Of a stretch of 64,000 bases of DNA, positions 31,086 through 44,432 are shown one piece after another (position 1 is the stretch's first letter; each line of letters starts with the position of its first letter). The translations under genes were made by a program, and so were the position numbers. Origin of the DNA: Gammaproteobacteria bacterium (GTDB taxonomy: Bacteria > Pseudomonadota > Gammaproteobacteria > Natronospirales > REEB76); contig DASVOS010000013.1 of assembly GCA_036383255.1 (NCBI GenBank), positions 169,178 through 233,177 on the forward strand, read 5' to 3'. The notes beneath the pieces were generated by a model. It was not told where the DNA came from and made no database searches. It saw only the letters and a list, made by a program, of their open reading frames with translations.

Positions 31086-31336
31086 ACCGGACGTTTTTTG
31101 CCCACCCTGGCGGTCCGGTCTTTGGAGTATAATTTCGCGCCCCTGAAGCAGGGGTTACGCGCGAAGTCGTTGATTCTATAGGCCTAATCCCAAGCTTTCT
31201 CTTCGCATCGGCCGGCGCATCCACGTGACGCCGGCCGTTTGTCTTTGGGGAACAGAACGAACACCACATGACCCGCCACCACCTGCATCATCCCCACGCG
31301 CGCCGCAACAGCGCCGGCGCCGGCGGCCCGGACGCC

Positions 31337-33256
31337 ATGGACCGAAAGCGCCTCTATGCCCTGAGCCTGGGCGCGCTGGGCGTGGTGTTCGGCGACATCG
31401 GAACCAGCCCGCTCTATGCCCTGAGCAGCTCGTTCTCCGACGCCAACGGCCTGGCCATCACTCCCGAGAGCGTGCTCGGCGTGCTGTCGCTGGTGTTCTG
31501 GACCATCATCATCATCGTCTGCCTCAAGTACCAGGTGTTCGTGCTGCGGGCCGACAACAAGGGCGAGGGCGGCGTGATGGCGCTGCTGGCGCTGCTGGAT
31601 CCCTGGCGCACGCGCCGCACCAGCCGCCGCTCGCGCATCCTCATCACCCTCGGCATCTTCGGCGCGGCGCTGCTCTACGGCGACGGCATGATCACGCCCG
31701 CCATCTCGGTGCTCTCCGCCGTGGAGGGCCTGCAGGTGGGCTCCGCGGCGTTCCCGCGCTCGGTGATCATCGCCATCACGGTGGTGATCCTGATCTTCCT
31801 GTTCGTCATCCAGCGCGTGGGCACCAGCCGTGTGGGCACGTTCTTCGGCCCCATCTGCGCACTCTGGTTCACGGTCATCGGCGTGCTCGGCCTGCGCGCG
31901 ATCGTCATGCACCCCGGCATCCTGGCGGCGGTGAATCCGGGTTACGCCCTGGAGTTCATCGCCCATCACGGCCTCGCGGACATCGTGGTGCTGGGCTCGG
32001 TCTTCCTGTGCGTCACCGGAGCCGAATCGCTGTTCGCGGACCTCGGCCACTTCGGCCGTGCGCCGATCCGGCTGGCCTGGTTCGCCTACGTGATGCCGGC
32101 GCTCCTGCTCAACTATTTCGGCCAGGGCGCGATGCTACTGGCCCATCCCGAGCAGCCTGCATCGCAGCTGTTCTACAGCCTCTCGCCCGGCTGGTTCCTG
32201 TATCCCATGATCGCGATCGCCACCGCCGCCACGGTGATCGCCTCCCAGGCGGTGATCTCCGGCGCCTTCTCCCTGATGGGCCAGGCCATCCAATTCGGCC
32301 AGAGCCCGCGCCTCACCATCATCAGGACCTCGGTGGACGAGAAGGGCCAGATATACATCCCGGCCATGAACTGGATACTGATGGTGGCGACCATCGCCAT
32401 CGTGCTGGGCTTCAAGAGCTCCGACCGCCTGGCCACTGCCTATGGCGTGGCCGTCAGCTCCACCATGGTGGTGACCTCGATCCTGATGTTCTTCGTGGAG
32501 CGCGACCGCTGGCACTGGAACGTGGCGGTGGTGGGCTTCCTCACTCTGTGTTTCCTCTCCGTGGACCTGATGTACTTCAGCGCCAACATCTTCAAGGTCT
32601 GGGACGGTGGCTGGCTGCCGCTGCTGGTGGGCGTGATCGGCTTCATCATCATGTCCACCTGGAGCACCGGCCGCTCCAACCTCATCGACCGGCTGCGTGC
32701 CGCCACCGAGCCCCTGGACGAGTTCCTGGCCCACATCCGCAAGCAGAAGCCTCTCAGGGTGCGCGGCACCGCGGTCTTCATGACCGCGCCCAACCTAGGC
32801 ACGCCGCCCATGCTGCAGCACCACCTGGAACACAACCAGGTGTTGCACGAGCAGGTGGTGCTGCTCACGGTGCTCACGGACGACGTGCCCTTCGTGCACC
32901 CGCTGCAGCGCCTGGAGGTCGCGAAGATGGACCTCGGGTTCTACCGCGTGAACGTGCACTACGGCTTCATGCAGATACCGAACATCCCGCAGTGCTTCCG
33001 CCGCGCCAAGGACTTCGGCCTCAGCATCGATCCTGAGACCGTCACCTATTACCTAGGGCGTGAGACCCTGGTCTCCACCCGCCGCTGGCCGTCCATGTGG
33101 GGCTGGCGTGAGAACCTGTTCGCGTTCATGTCGCGCAACGCGATCCGCGCCACGGACTTCTACCAGATCCCGCCGGACCGCACCGTGGAGCTGGGCCTGC
33201 GCCTGAGGCTGGCGGACATCGGCGGCGGCCGCCGCAACGGCGACGGCCGCCACTGA
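31337..33256 (+). CDS. kup: KUP/HAK/KT potassium uptake transporter
   Basis: About 639 aa from ATG 31337 (the ORF track starts at 31268). Signature GVVFGDIGTSPLY, 12 TM segments and a cytoplasmic C-domain. Confidence 0.93.
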   Translation: MDRKRLYALSLGALGVVFGDIGTSPLYALSSSFSDANGLAITPESVLGVLSLVFWTIIIIVCLKYQVFVLRADNKGEGGVMALLALLDPWRTRRTSRRSRILITLGIFGAALLYGDGMITPAISVLSAVEGLQVGSAAFPRSVIIAITVVILIFLFVIQRVGTSRVGTFFGPICALWFTVIGVLGLRAIVMHPGILAAVNPGYALEFIAHHGLADIVVLGSVFLCVTGAESLFADLGHFGRAPIRLAWFAYVMPALLLNYFGQGAMLLAHPEQPASQLFYSLSPGWFLYPMIAIATAATVIASQAVISGAFSLMGQAIQFGQSPRLTIIRTSVDEKGQIYIPAMNWILMVATIAIVLGFKSSDRLATAYGVAVSSTMVVTSILMFFVERDRWHWNVAVVGFLTLCFLSVDLMYFSANIFKVWDGGWLPLLVGVIGFIIMSTWSTGRSNLIDRLRAATEPLDEFLAHIRKQKPLRVRGTAVFMTAPNLGTPPMLQHHLEHNQVLHEQVVLLTVLTDDVPFVHPLQRLEVAKMDLGFYRVNVHYGFMQIPNIPQCFRRAKDFGLSIDPETVTYYLGRETLVSTRRWPSMWGWRENLFAFMSRNAIRATDFYQIPPDRTVELGLRLRLADIGGGRRNGDGRH

Positions 33257-33257
33257 C

Positions 33258-33890
33258 ATGATCGGCAAGCTCCTGGCGGCGATCGCCGCGTTCATCACCG
33301 GCACGCTCTCGACGCTCGGCTATGCAGGCGTGGTGCTGCTCATGGGCATCGAGAGCGCCTGCATCCCGCTGCCCTCCGAGCTCATCATGCCGTTCGCGGG
33401 CTACCTGGTGTTCCAGGGCAAGCTCAGCCTGTGGGGCGTGGCCCTGGCGGGCGCCGTGGGCTGCGTGCTGGGCTCGCTGGCGGCCTACTACGTGGGGCTC
33501 CTGGGCGGGCGTCCGCTGGTGGTGAAGTACGGCCGCTACCTGTTCATCTCGCCCCAGGACATCGAGATGGGTGACCGCTGGTTCGCCCGTTACGGCGAGG
33601 CCATCATCTTCGTGGGCCGGCTGCTGCCGGTGGTGCGCACATTCATCGCGTTCCCGGCGGGGGTGGCGCGCATGCACCTGGGCAAGTTCGTGGCCTATAC
33701 CTTCGTGGGTTCGCTGATCTGGTGCTGGGGCCTGGCCTGGATAGGCCGTGCCTTGGGAGAGCATTGGGACACCCTGGGGGCCTGGTTCCACCGCTTCGAT
33801 GCGGTCATCGGCGCCCTGATCGTCTTGGCCGCCGCCTGGTGGATCCGCCGGCACTTCAAGCACCTCAAGGCCGGGCGAGGTCAGGCTTGA
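33258..33890 (+). CDS. DedA family inner-membrane protein
   Basis: 210 aa. The pattern ...ESACIPLPSELIMPFAGYL...GR..P..R.F is typical of DedA/SNARE-associated proteins. Starts 1 nt after the kup stop. Confidence 0.85.
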   Translation: MIGKLLAAIAAFITGTLSTLGYAGVVLLMGIESACIPLPSELIMPFAGYLVFQGKLSLWGVALAGAVGCVLGSLAAYYVGLLGGRPLVVKYGRYLFISPQDIEMGDRWFARYGEAIIFVGRLLPVVRTFIAFPAGVARMHLGKFVAYTFVGSLIWCWGLAWIGRALGEHWDTLGAWFHRFDAVIGALIVLAAAWWIRRHFKHLKAGRGQA

Positions 33891-33987
33891 CGTAATCCCC
33901 TGGATATCAGATAGTTATCCCATAGCGCCGATTTGAGTCTCAGCTTGCGGGCGCTCTATAAATGCAGCTAAAGCGGGCTCTCTGGAA

Positions 33988-34039
33988 CCTGCTTTAGCCC
34001 CACCCGAAAGGTGGTCAAGCTAAGCAGGTTTTTCGTTTT
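33988..34039 (+). terminator. Rho-independent terminator-like hairpin (end of kup-dedA and/or attenuator of the metF leader)
   Basis: Outer stem cctgctttagc / gctaagcagg (one bulge) encloses the inner hairpin ccacc-cgaaa-ggtgg and is followed by tttttcgtttt. Confidence 0.6.
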
Positions 34040-34167
34040 CCGGACCCACGGACGGGCGCGGAGGGCGGAAAGAGGCATGCACCATCGCCGTTTATGACAA
34101 CTTGCAGGGCGATACGGCACCCGTGAAGGGGGCCGACTGCTAAAGCGTCTGGAGCGCACGAGCCGAG

Positions 34168-35088
34168 ATGAACTCCCTCACCACTGCCTGGGACCGGCGG
34201 GCTTTCCCCACCACCCCCGGTGTCTCCTTCGAATTCTTCCCGCCCGGCACGCCCGAGATGGAGAAGAAGCTGTGGCAGGCCCTGGAGCGCCTCGCGCCCC
34301 TGGCTCCGCGCTTCGTCTCAGTCACCTACGGCGCCGGCGGCTCGACCCGCGAGCGCACACACGAGACGGTGGTCGCGATCCAGCGACGGCTGGGCCTGCG
34401 GCCCGCCGCGCACCTCACCTGCGTCGGCGCGAGCCGCGAGGAGATCGAAAGGGTGGCGCGCCGCTATTGGCAGGCCGGCGTGCGCCACATCGTCGCGCTG
34501 CGCGGTGACGCGCCTGAAGGCGAGCACTTCCAGCCGCATCCTGAGGGCTACGCCAGCGCCGCCGAGCTCGTGGCGGGGCTGAAGCGCGTGGCGGACTTCG
34601 AGATCAGCGTGGCGGCCCATCCGGAGGTGCATCCGGAGGCGGTCTCGCCGCAGGCGGACCTGGATAACCTCAAGCGCAAGATGGAGGCGGGCGCCACCCG
34701 CGCCATCACCCAGTACTTCTTCGACGTGGAGGTGTTCCTGCGCTTCCGCGACCGGCTCGCCTCCGCCGGCATCGGGCTACCGGTGATCCCCGGCATCCTG
34801 CCGGTGACCAACTACGCGCAGGTGAAGAAGTTCAGCCTGCGTTGCGGTGCCAGCGTGCCGCGCTGGCTGGCGGACATCTTCGAGGACGTGGATGACGACC
34901 CGGAGACCCGCAAGCTGGTGGCTGCCCACGTGGCCGGCGAGCAGTGCCGCCTGTTGCAGGCGGAGGGCGTGCAGGAGTTCCATTTCTATACGCTCAACCG
35001 CCCCGAGCTCGCGCGCGCCATCTGCCGGCTGCTGGGCATCAAGCCCGCGGTGCCGGCGCCCGAGCCGCTGGCGGTCAACGCCCGCTGA
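34168..35088 (+). CDS. metF: 5,10-methylenetetrahydrofolate reductase
   Basis: 306 aa. [19 protein letters not shown] and HLTCVG motifs. Confidence 0.93.
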   Translation: MNSLTTAWDRRAFPTTPGVSFEFFPPGTPEMEKKLWQALERLAPLAPRFVSVTYGAGGSTRERTHETVVAIQRRLGLRPAAHLTCVGASREEIERVARRYWQAGVRHIVALRGDAPEGEHFQPHPEGYASAAELVAGLKRVADFEISVAAHPEVHPEAVSPQADLDNLKRKMEAGATRAITQYFFDVEVFLRFRDRLASAGIGLPVIPGILPVTNYAQVKKFSLRCGASVPRWLADIFEDVDDDPETRKLVAAHVAGEQCRLLQAEGVQEFHFYTLNRPELARAICRLLGIKPAVPAPEPLAVNAR

Positions 35089-35093
35089 TATCC

Positions 35094-38765
<3,672 letters not shown>

Positions 38766-38848
38766 GGACTTGGAAGCCCGGGACGGGGTAATATCTGCGC
38801 CATGCGCATCCGGCGCACCGGACATCACGGATATCCCAGGAGACTGAC

Positions 38849-39196
38849 ATGAACCGATATCTCGCCACCGCCGCGGGCGGCCTGCTCGCCCTGACCGTCA
38901 CCCTCGCCTGGGCCGCGCCGGCTGCTGCCCCCAAGTCCGCCGAACCCAAGGCTCCGGCGGTGAAGACCGCCGCGCCGGCACCCGCCAGCGATGCGAAGGC
39001 CAATGACTGCGGCAAGCAGATGGGCCACAAGAAGAAAGCCAAGCACAAGGCCATGGCCAAGGTGGGCAAGAAGGATCCGAAGCAGGCCAAGGCTCACAAG
39101 CACAAGGCCAACCCCTGCCAGGACGCTCCCAAGCCGGCCACCAAGGCCGCATCCAAGCCTCCCGCGAAGCCCGCGACTACGACTCCGCCGCGCTGA
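38849..39196 (+). CDS. small secreted Ala/Pro/Lys/His-rich basic protein (acid-shock protein Asr-like composition)
   Basis: 115 aa. AGGAG Shine-Dalgarno sequence, signal peptide ...LTVTLAWA/AP, then low-complexity KKKAKHKAMAKVGKK..KAHKHKA with two Cys. The composition resembles E. coli Asr as I remember it. Confidence 0.55.
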   Translation: MNRYLATAAGGLLALTVTLAWAAPAAAPKSAEPKAPAVKTAAPAPASDAKANDCGKQMGHKKKAKHKAMAKVGKKDPKQAKAHKHKANPCQDAPKPATKAASKPPAKPATTTPPR

Positions 39197-39494
39197 CCTG
39201 GAAATGCGCGCGGATGCGTTGACAGTCCCGCAGGCCGGGACTAGCATCCGCGCCAATCCAGTCACGAGAGGCCCCGAAGTGGGCAGTAGCTGTAAAAGAC
39301 AGTTCCCTTCCCGCCACGGTGGCGCCTCGCGCGACTGACCTCTCCCCTGAGGCCGCGCAGACCCTCCCATGCGGAAGGGTAGCGCGGCCGGTTCCCGACA
39401 AGCTTCACTGCATGACCGGACGGCCGCGGACGTGATCTGGACGTTCGCGCACCCTCCGGTGCGTCATGGCCTTTCGACAAGGTGCAGGTGAGGC

Positions 39495-42188
39495 GTGGCC
39501 TTCGACAGACTCAGTGGACTCTTGCGCGGCGGCGGCGACCCCCAGGGGGAGCGCAGCGGGCGCGTGTCCGCGCGCCTGGCCGAGGTCAGCCGCATGGCGG
39601 CGGACGACACCTTCGACGAGTTCCACACCGGCATCCAGGGTCTGGCGGAGACGGATGCCGAAGAGCGCTTGGCGGAGCACGGCCCCAACGCCGTGGTCAT
39701 GGAACCCGAGCGCAGTTTCCTCTACCAGCTGGCGGCGCGCCTCGCCAACCCGCTCAACGTGCTGCTCATCGTGCTGGCGGCGGTCTCGGCGGTGACCCAC
39801 GACCTGGACGGCGCCGTCATCATCACCTTCATGGTGGTGCTGTCGGTGGGGTTGTCCTGGGTGCAGGAAGCCCGTTCCGACGCCGCCGCCGAGAAGCTGC
39901 GGTCCATGGTCAAGACCACCGCCACCGTGCTGCGCCGCGAGGAGGTGGAGGAGGAGGGCGAGCCGGAGGAGGACGCGGGCGGCCGGCCGCGGGTCGCCTA
40001 CCGCGCGCTGCGCAAGCAGGTGCCCCTGGACGAGCTGGTGCCTGGCGACCTGGTGCAGCTCTCCGCCGGCGACATGATCCCGGCAGACGTGCGGCTGCTC
40101 TCCGCCAAGGACCTGTTCGTCAACCAGTCGGCCCTGACCGGCGAGTCCTTGCCGGTGGAGAAGCGCGCCAGCGCCGTGGAGCAGGCTGCCGGCAGCCCGC
40201 TGGACTTGCCGAACCTCTGCTTCATGGGCACCAACGTGGTCAGCGGCACCGCCATCGCGCTGGTGGTGATGACCGGCACCGATACCTATTTCGGGTCTCT
40301 CGCCGGCACCCTCGGCCACGAACGGGTGCAGACCAGCTTCGACAAGGGCGTCCACCGGTTCACCTGGCTCATGATCAAGTTCATGGCGGTGATGGTGCCG
40401 CTGGTGTTCCTCATCAACGGACTCACCAAGCACGCCTGGGGCGATGCCTTCCTGTTCGCCATGGCGGTGGCGGTGGGCCTCACCCCCGAGATGCTGCCGG
40501 TGATCCTGAGCAGCAACCTCGCCAAGGGTGCGCTCGTGATGTCGCGCCACAAGGTCATCGTCAAGCGGCTCAGCTCCATCCAGAACTTCGGCGCCATGGA
40601 CGTGCTGTGCACCGACAAGACCGGCACCCTGACCCAGGACAAGGTGTTCCTGGAGAAGCACGTGGACATCCACGGCGTCGAGAGCGAGCGGGTCCTGGAG
40701 TTCGCCTTCCTCAACAGCTACTACCAGTCCGGCCTGCGCAACCTGCTGGACGTGGCGGTGCTGGAGAAGGTCGAGATGTACGCCGACCTGCACCCGGAGG
40801 AGAACTACCGCAAGGTGGACGAGATCCCCTTCGACTTCCAGCGCCGCCGCATGTCGGTGGTGGTGGAGGAAGAGGAGGAGCGGCACGTCATCATCTGCAA
40901 GGGCGCGGTGGAGGAGATCTTCAGCATCTGCACCCACGCCGAGATCGAGGGCGAGACCGAGCCGCTGGTCCCGGATGACCTGGTGCGCATCCGCGACGTG
41001 ACCCTGGCGCTCAACGAGGATGGTTTCCGCGTCATCGCCGTGGCCTACCGCGAGACCATCGAGCCCAAGCGTGCCTACGGCGTCGCGGACGAGCAGGGCA
41101 TGACGCTGCTCGGCTACATCGCGTTCCTGGACCCGCCCAAGGAGAGCGCCGGCCAGGCCATCGCCCGGCTAAACCAGCATGGCGTGGCGGTGAAGGTGCT
41201 CACCGGCGACAACGATACCGTGGCGCGCAAGATCTGTTCCGAGGTGGGGCTCGAGGTCTCCCACATCCTGCTGGGCCGGGACCTGGAGCAGATGGACGAC
41301 GCGGCGCTGGCGGAGGCCGCCGAGACGACCTCACTCTTCGCCAAGCTCTCGCCGCAGCAGAAGGCGCGGGTGATCCGCGCGCTGCACCGCAGAGGCCACG
41401 TGGTGGGGTTCCTGGGCGACGGCATCAACGACGGCCCGGCGCTCAAGGCCGCTGACGTCGGCATTTCGGTGGATACGGCGGTGGACATCGCCAAGGAGTC
41501 GGCCGACATCATCCTGCTGGAGAAGAACCTGCTGGTGCTGGAGCAGGGCGTGCTGGAGGGCCGCAAGGTCTTCGGCAACATCCTCAAGTACATCCGCATG
41601 AGCGCGAGCTCGAACTTCGGCAACATGGTGAGCGTGGTGGTGGGGAGCCTGTTCCTGCCGTTCGTGCCCATGGCGCCCATCCAGGTGCTGGTGAACACGC
41701 TGCTCTACGACTTCTCCCAGACCGCCATGACGACGGACAACGTGGACCCGGAGTACCTGGAGAAGCCGCGGCGCTGGGATCTCGAGACCATCAGGCAGTA
41801 CATGCTGCGCATCGGACCCGTGAGCTCGGTGTTCGACTTCATCACCTTCTTCGTGCTCATCTGGTTCTTCGGTGCCTTGCACGATGAGAAGCTGTTCCAG
41901 AGCGGCTGGTTCGTGGAATCCATCGTGAGCCAGACGCTGATCGTGCATGTGATCCGCACCGGCAAGGTGCCGTTCCTGCAGAGCTGGCCGAGCTTGCCGC
42001 TCCTGCTCACCACTGTCCTGGTCTGCCTGGTGGGCCTGTGGCTGCCGTTCAGCGGCCTCGCCCGCGGCTTCGGCATGGTGCCGGTGCCGCTGCCGTTCCT
42101 GTTGGTGATGCCGCTGATCGTGGTGGGCTACGTGGCCCTCACCCAGTGGTCGAAGTCGCACCTCATCCGCCGCTTCGGTCTGGACTGA
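39495..42188 (+). CDS. mgtA: magnesium-importing P-type ATPase
   Basis: About 865-897 aa (GTG 39495 per the ORF track, or ATG 39594). CTDKTGTLT, VLTGDN, GDGINDGPAL and the TM4 PEMLP motif characteristic of MgtA/MgtB. Confidence 0.92.
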   Translation: MAFDRLSGLLRGGGDPQGERSGRVSARLAEVSRMAADDTFDEFHTGIQGLAETDAEERLAEHGPNAVVMEPERSFLYQLAARLANPLNVLLIVLAAVSAVTHDLDGAVIITFMVVLSVGLSWVQEARSDAAAEKLRSMVKTTATVLRREEVEEEGEPEEDAGGRPRVAYRALRKQVPLDELVPGDLVQLSAGDMIPADVRLLSAKDLFVNQSALTGESLPVEKRASAVEQAAGSPLDLPNLCFMGTNVVSGTAIALVVMTGTDTYFGSLAGTLGHERVQTSFDKGVHRFTWLMIKFMAVMVPLVFLINGLTKHAWGDAFLFAMAVAVGLTPEMLPVILSSNLAKGALVMSRHKVIVKRLSSIQNFGAMDVLCTDKTGTLTQDKVFLEKHVDIHGVESERVLEFAFLNSYYQSGLRNLLDVAVLEKVEMYADLHPEENYRKVDEIPFDFQRRRMSVVVEEEEERHVIICKGAVEEIFSICTHAEIEGETEPLVPDDLVRIRDVTLALNEDGFRVIAVAYRETIEPKRAYGVADEQGMTLLGYIAFLDPPKESAGQAIARLNQHGVAVKVLTGDNDTVARKICSEVGLEVSHILLGRDLEQMDDAALAEAAETTSLFAKLSPQQKARVIRALHRRGHVVGFLGDGINDGPALKAADVGISVDTAVDIAKESADIILLEKNLLVLEQGVLEGRKVFGNILKYIRMSASSNFGNMVSVVVGSLFLPFVPMAPIQVLVNTLLYDFSQTAMTTDNVDPEYLEKPRRWDLETIRQYMLRIGPVSSVFDFITFFVLIWFFGALHDEKLFQSGWFVESIVSQTLIVHVIRTGKVPFLQSWPSLPLLLTTVLVCLVGLWLPFSGLARGFGMVPVPLPFLLVMPLIVVGYVALTQWSKSHLIRRFGLD

Positions 42189-42224
42189 AAGCTGCCTCAG
42201 GAGCTGCTGCGCTCGGCAGGGCGT

Positions 42225-42420
42225 TGTCTGTAGCAGGGACGCATACGTGCCGCGGAACACAGGGATGTGCGAGAGCGGCAGTGCGAGGACTCGCCTAGCC
42301 CCATTTCGCTGCGCTTTCCTGCTCCGCGAAATGCCGGGCGGGCATCCTGCCCGCCCGTGCAGCGCATGCGCTGCACCTTCGCTCTACACTCCTGAGATAT
42401 TTTTTGGCTAAAAAAGCCCC
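42225..42420. repeat. structured intergenic repeat element (copy B)
   Basis: A hairpin train: catttcgc/gcgaaatg (42302-42333), a 10-bp stem cgggcgggca/tgcccgcccg (42335-42357) and a perfect 18-bp palindrome tgcagcgcatgcgctgca (42358-42375). Same orientation and order as copy A. Boundaries are approximate. Confidence 0.55.
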
Positions 42421-42475
42421 ACCGGAACACTCAGGTAAGGCTGTTGTCCGGCCCGGGACAATCCGGATGCCCCGG

Positions 42476-42493
42476 CTGTCATATTTATGCCAT
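42476..42493 (+). promoter_or_regulatory. Pho box (PhoB binding site) upstream of pstC
   Basis: CTGTCAT-ATTT-ATGCCAT gives two 7-bp direct repeats with 11-bp periodicity, the first an exact consensus half-site, 83 nt upstream of pstC. Confidence 0.55.
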
Positions 42494-42575
42494 ATTCCCC
42501 CCCTAGACTGCCCCGACCAGACAGGCGGGGAGGCCGGCGGGGGTGTCCTAAAGGGGCGCCGCTACCGGTGCAGCG

Positions 42576-43574
42576 GTGTTGTCAGAAGAAACCATAGAGA
42601 CGGGAAGCCGGACCGTGAGCGGCAACACGCACAACACACGCTGGCGGGACAACGCCGCTGACATGGTGTTCAAGGGGGTCACCCAGCTCGCCGCGCTCAC
42701 GGTGCTGGGGCTGATCCTGGCCATCATCGGCCTGCTCATCTTCAAGGCCTGGCCGGCGTTCCACACCTTCGGCTTCAAGTTCTTCACCAGCACCGAGTGG
42801 GACCCGGTCAGCGACCAGTACTCGGCGCTCACCTCCATCTACGGCACCCTGGTGACCTCGGCCATCGCGCTCATCATCGCCGTGCCGGTGAGCTTCGGCA
42901 TCGCGCTCTTCGTCACCGAACTCGCGCCGGCCTGGCTGCGCCGCCCGGTGAGCACCGCGGTGGAACTGCTCGCCGCCATCCCCAGCATCATCTACGGCAT
43001 GTGGGGCCTGTTCGTGTTCGCGCCGCTGTTCGCGGAGAAGGTCCAGCCCTGGATAACCGCGCACCTCGGCAAGTGGCCGCTCATCGGCAGCCTGTTCCAG
43101 GGCCCGCCCATCGGCATCGGCGTGTTTACCGCCGGCCTCATCCTCGCCATCATGGTCATCCCGTTCGTGACCTCGGTGATGCGCGACGTGTTCGACGTGG
43201 TGCCGCTGGTGCTCAAGGAGTCCGCCTATGGCATCGGCTGCACCACCTGGGAGGTGATGTGGCGCGTGGTGCTGCCCTACACCCGCGTCGGCGTGGTGGG
43301 CGGCATCATGCTGGGCCTGGGCCGCGCGCTCGGCGAGACCATGGCCGTGACCTTCGTCATCGGCAACAGTCATGACATCAGCAAGGCCCTGTTCATGCCG
43401 GGCAACACCATCTCCTCGACGCTCGCCAACGAGTTCTCCGAGGCGGTGGGCGAGAAGTACACCTCCTCGCTGATCGCCCTCGGCCTCATCCTGTTCCTGG
43501 TCACGTTCGTGGTGCTGGCCATCGCCAAGCTGCTGCTCATCCGGGTCGCGGCGCGCGAGGGGGCGAAGACGTGA
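42576..43574 (+). CDS. pstC: phosphate ABC transporter permease PstC
   Basis: 332 aa (GTG start). [46 protein letters not shown] is very close to enterobacterial PstC. Confidence 0.92.
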   Translation: MLSEETIETGSRTVSGNTHNTRWRDNAADMVFKGVTQLAALTVLGLILAIIGLLIFKAWPAFHTFGFKFFTSTEWDPVSDQYSALTSIYGTLVTSAIALIIAVPVSFGIALFVTELAPAWLRRPVSTAVELLAAIPSIIYGMWGLFVFAPLFAEKVQPWITAHLGKWPLIGSLFQGPPIGIGVFTAGLILAIMVIPFVTSVMRDVFDVVPLVLKESAYGIGCTTWEVMWRVVLPYTRVGVVGGIMLGLGRALGETMAVTFVIGNSHDISKALFMPGNTISSTLANEFSEAVGEKYTSSLIALGLILFLVTFVVLAIAKLLLIRVAAREGAKT

Positions 43575-44428
43575 TCCAGCACAACAGCCGCCGCTACCTG
43601 TTCCGCCGCACCCTCAACGTGTTCAACCTGGGCATGTCCATGGTCGCCACGGTGTTCGGCCTGTTCTGGCTGGCCTGGCTGCTGTGGACGCTGGTGAGCC
43701 ACGGCCTGCACAGCATCAACGTCGAGCTGTTCACCCTCGACACGCCGCCGCCGGGCGCCGAGGGCGGCATGGCCAACGCCATGATCGGCTCGCTGCTCCT
43801 GACCGCGGTGGGGGTGGGGCTGGGCACGCCGGTCGGGCTCATGGCCGGCACCTGGCTCGCCGAGTACGGCCGCGCCAACCGCATGGCCTCGGTGATCCGC
43901 TTCGTCAACGACATCCTGCTGTCGGCGCCCTCCATCGTCATCGGCGTGTTCGTCTACGGCGTCGCGGTGGGGCCGCTCGGGCACTTCTCCGGCTGGGCCG
44001 GCGGGCTCTCGCTCGCCATCATCATGCTGCCGGTGGTGCTGCGCACCACCGAGGACATGATGCGGCTGGTGCCGGACCAGATGCGCGAGGCCGCCGCCGC
44101 CCTGGGCGCGCCGCGCTGGAAGGTCACGGTGTTCATCGTGCACCGCGCGTCGCTGGCCGGCATGCTCACAGGCGTGATCCTCGGCATCGCCCGCATCAGC
44201 GGCGAGACCGCGCCGCTCCTGTTCACCGCGCTCAACAACCAGTTCCGCAGCACCGACATGTCGCAGCCCATGGCGAACCTGCCGGTGATGATCTTCCAGT
44301 TCGCCATGAGCCCCTACGAGGGCTGGCAGCACCTGGCCTGGGCGGGTGCGCTGATGATCACCACCGCGATCCTGGTGCTCAGCATCGCGGCCCGTCTCCT
44401 GCTGCGCTCCAATTCATTCGGGAAATGA
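43571..44428 (+). CDS. pstA: phosphate ABC transporter permease PstA
   Basis: 285 aa. GTGA overlap with pstC. EAA-loop region [13 protein letters not shown]. Confidence 0.92.
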   Translation: MIQHNSRRYLFRRTLNVFNLGMSMVATVFGLFWLAWLLWTLVSHGLHSINVELFTLDTPPPGAEGGMANAMIGSLLLTAVGVGLGTPVGLMAGTWLAEYGRANRMASVIRFVNDILLSAPSIVIGVFVYGVAVGPLGHFSGWAGGLSLAIIMLPVVLRTTEDMMRLVPDQMREAAAALGAPRWKVTVFIVHRASLAGMLTGVILGIARISGETAPLLFTALNNQFRSTDMSQPMANLPVMIFQFAMSPYEGWQHLAWAGALMITTAILVLSIAARLLLRSNSFGK

Positions 44429-44432
44429 CCTC

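Noticed and set aside
31211-31250. The hairpin gccggcg...cgccggc followed by a T-rich stretch upstream of kup, as a c-di-AMP (ydaO-type) or other K+-related riboswitch.
   Set aside because: It is a single simple hairpin with none of the conserved ydaO/kimA motif elements I recall. It is more simply read as a small leader or attenuator hairpin of unknown relevance.
33962-33997. An 11-codon leader peptide (MQLKRALWNLL*) overlapping the first hairpin of the metF leader.
   Set aside because: Its ATG lies at or within the predicted -10 element, upstream of the likely transcription start. It has no Shine-Dalgarno sequence and no Met codons that would make sense for methionine attenuation.
33891-34167. 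A known riboswitch (SAH, SAM-II/SAM-V or cobalamin) upstream of metF-metH.
   Set aside because: I could not find the conserved cores I remember for these classes. There is only a weak GGAGCGC near the start codon and a gccgactg resembling the B12-box GCCACUG with an insertion. It is kept only as an unclassified candidate leader, and an Infernal scan is needed.
39369-39485. A 38-codon ORF in the mgtA leader as an MgtL-like proline-sensing leader peptide.
   Set aside because: It has only a single HPP motif, no Shine-Dalgarno sequence and no resemblance to MgtL. It is indistinguishable from a chance ORF in GC-rich DNA.
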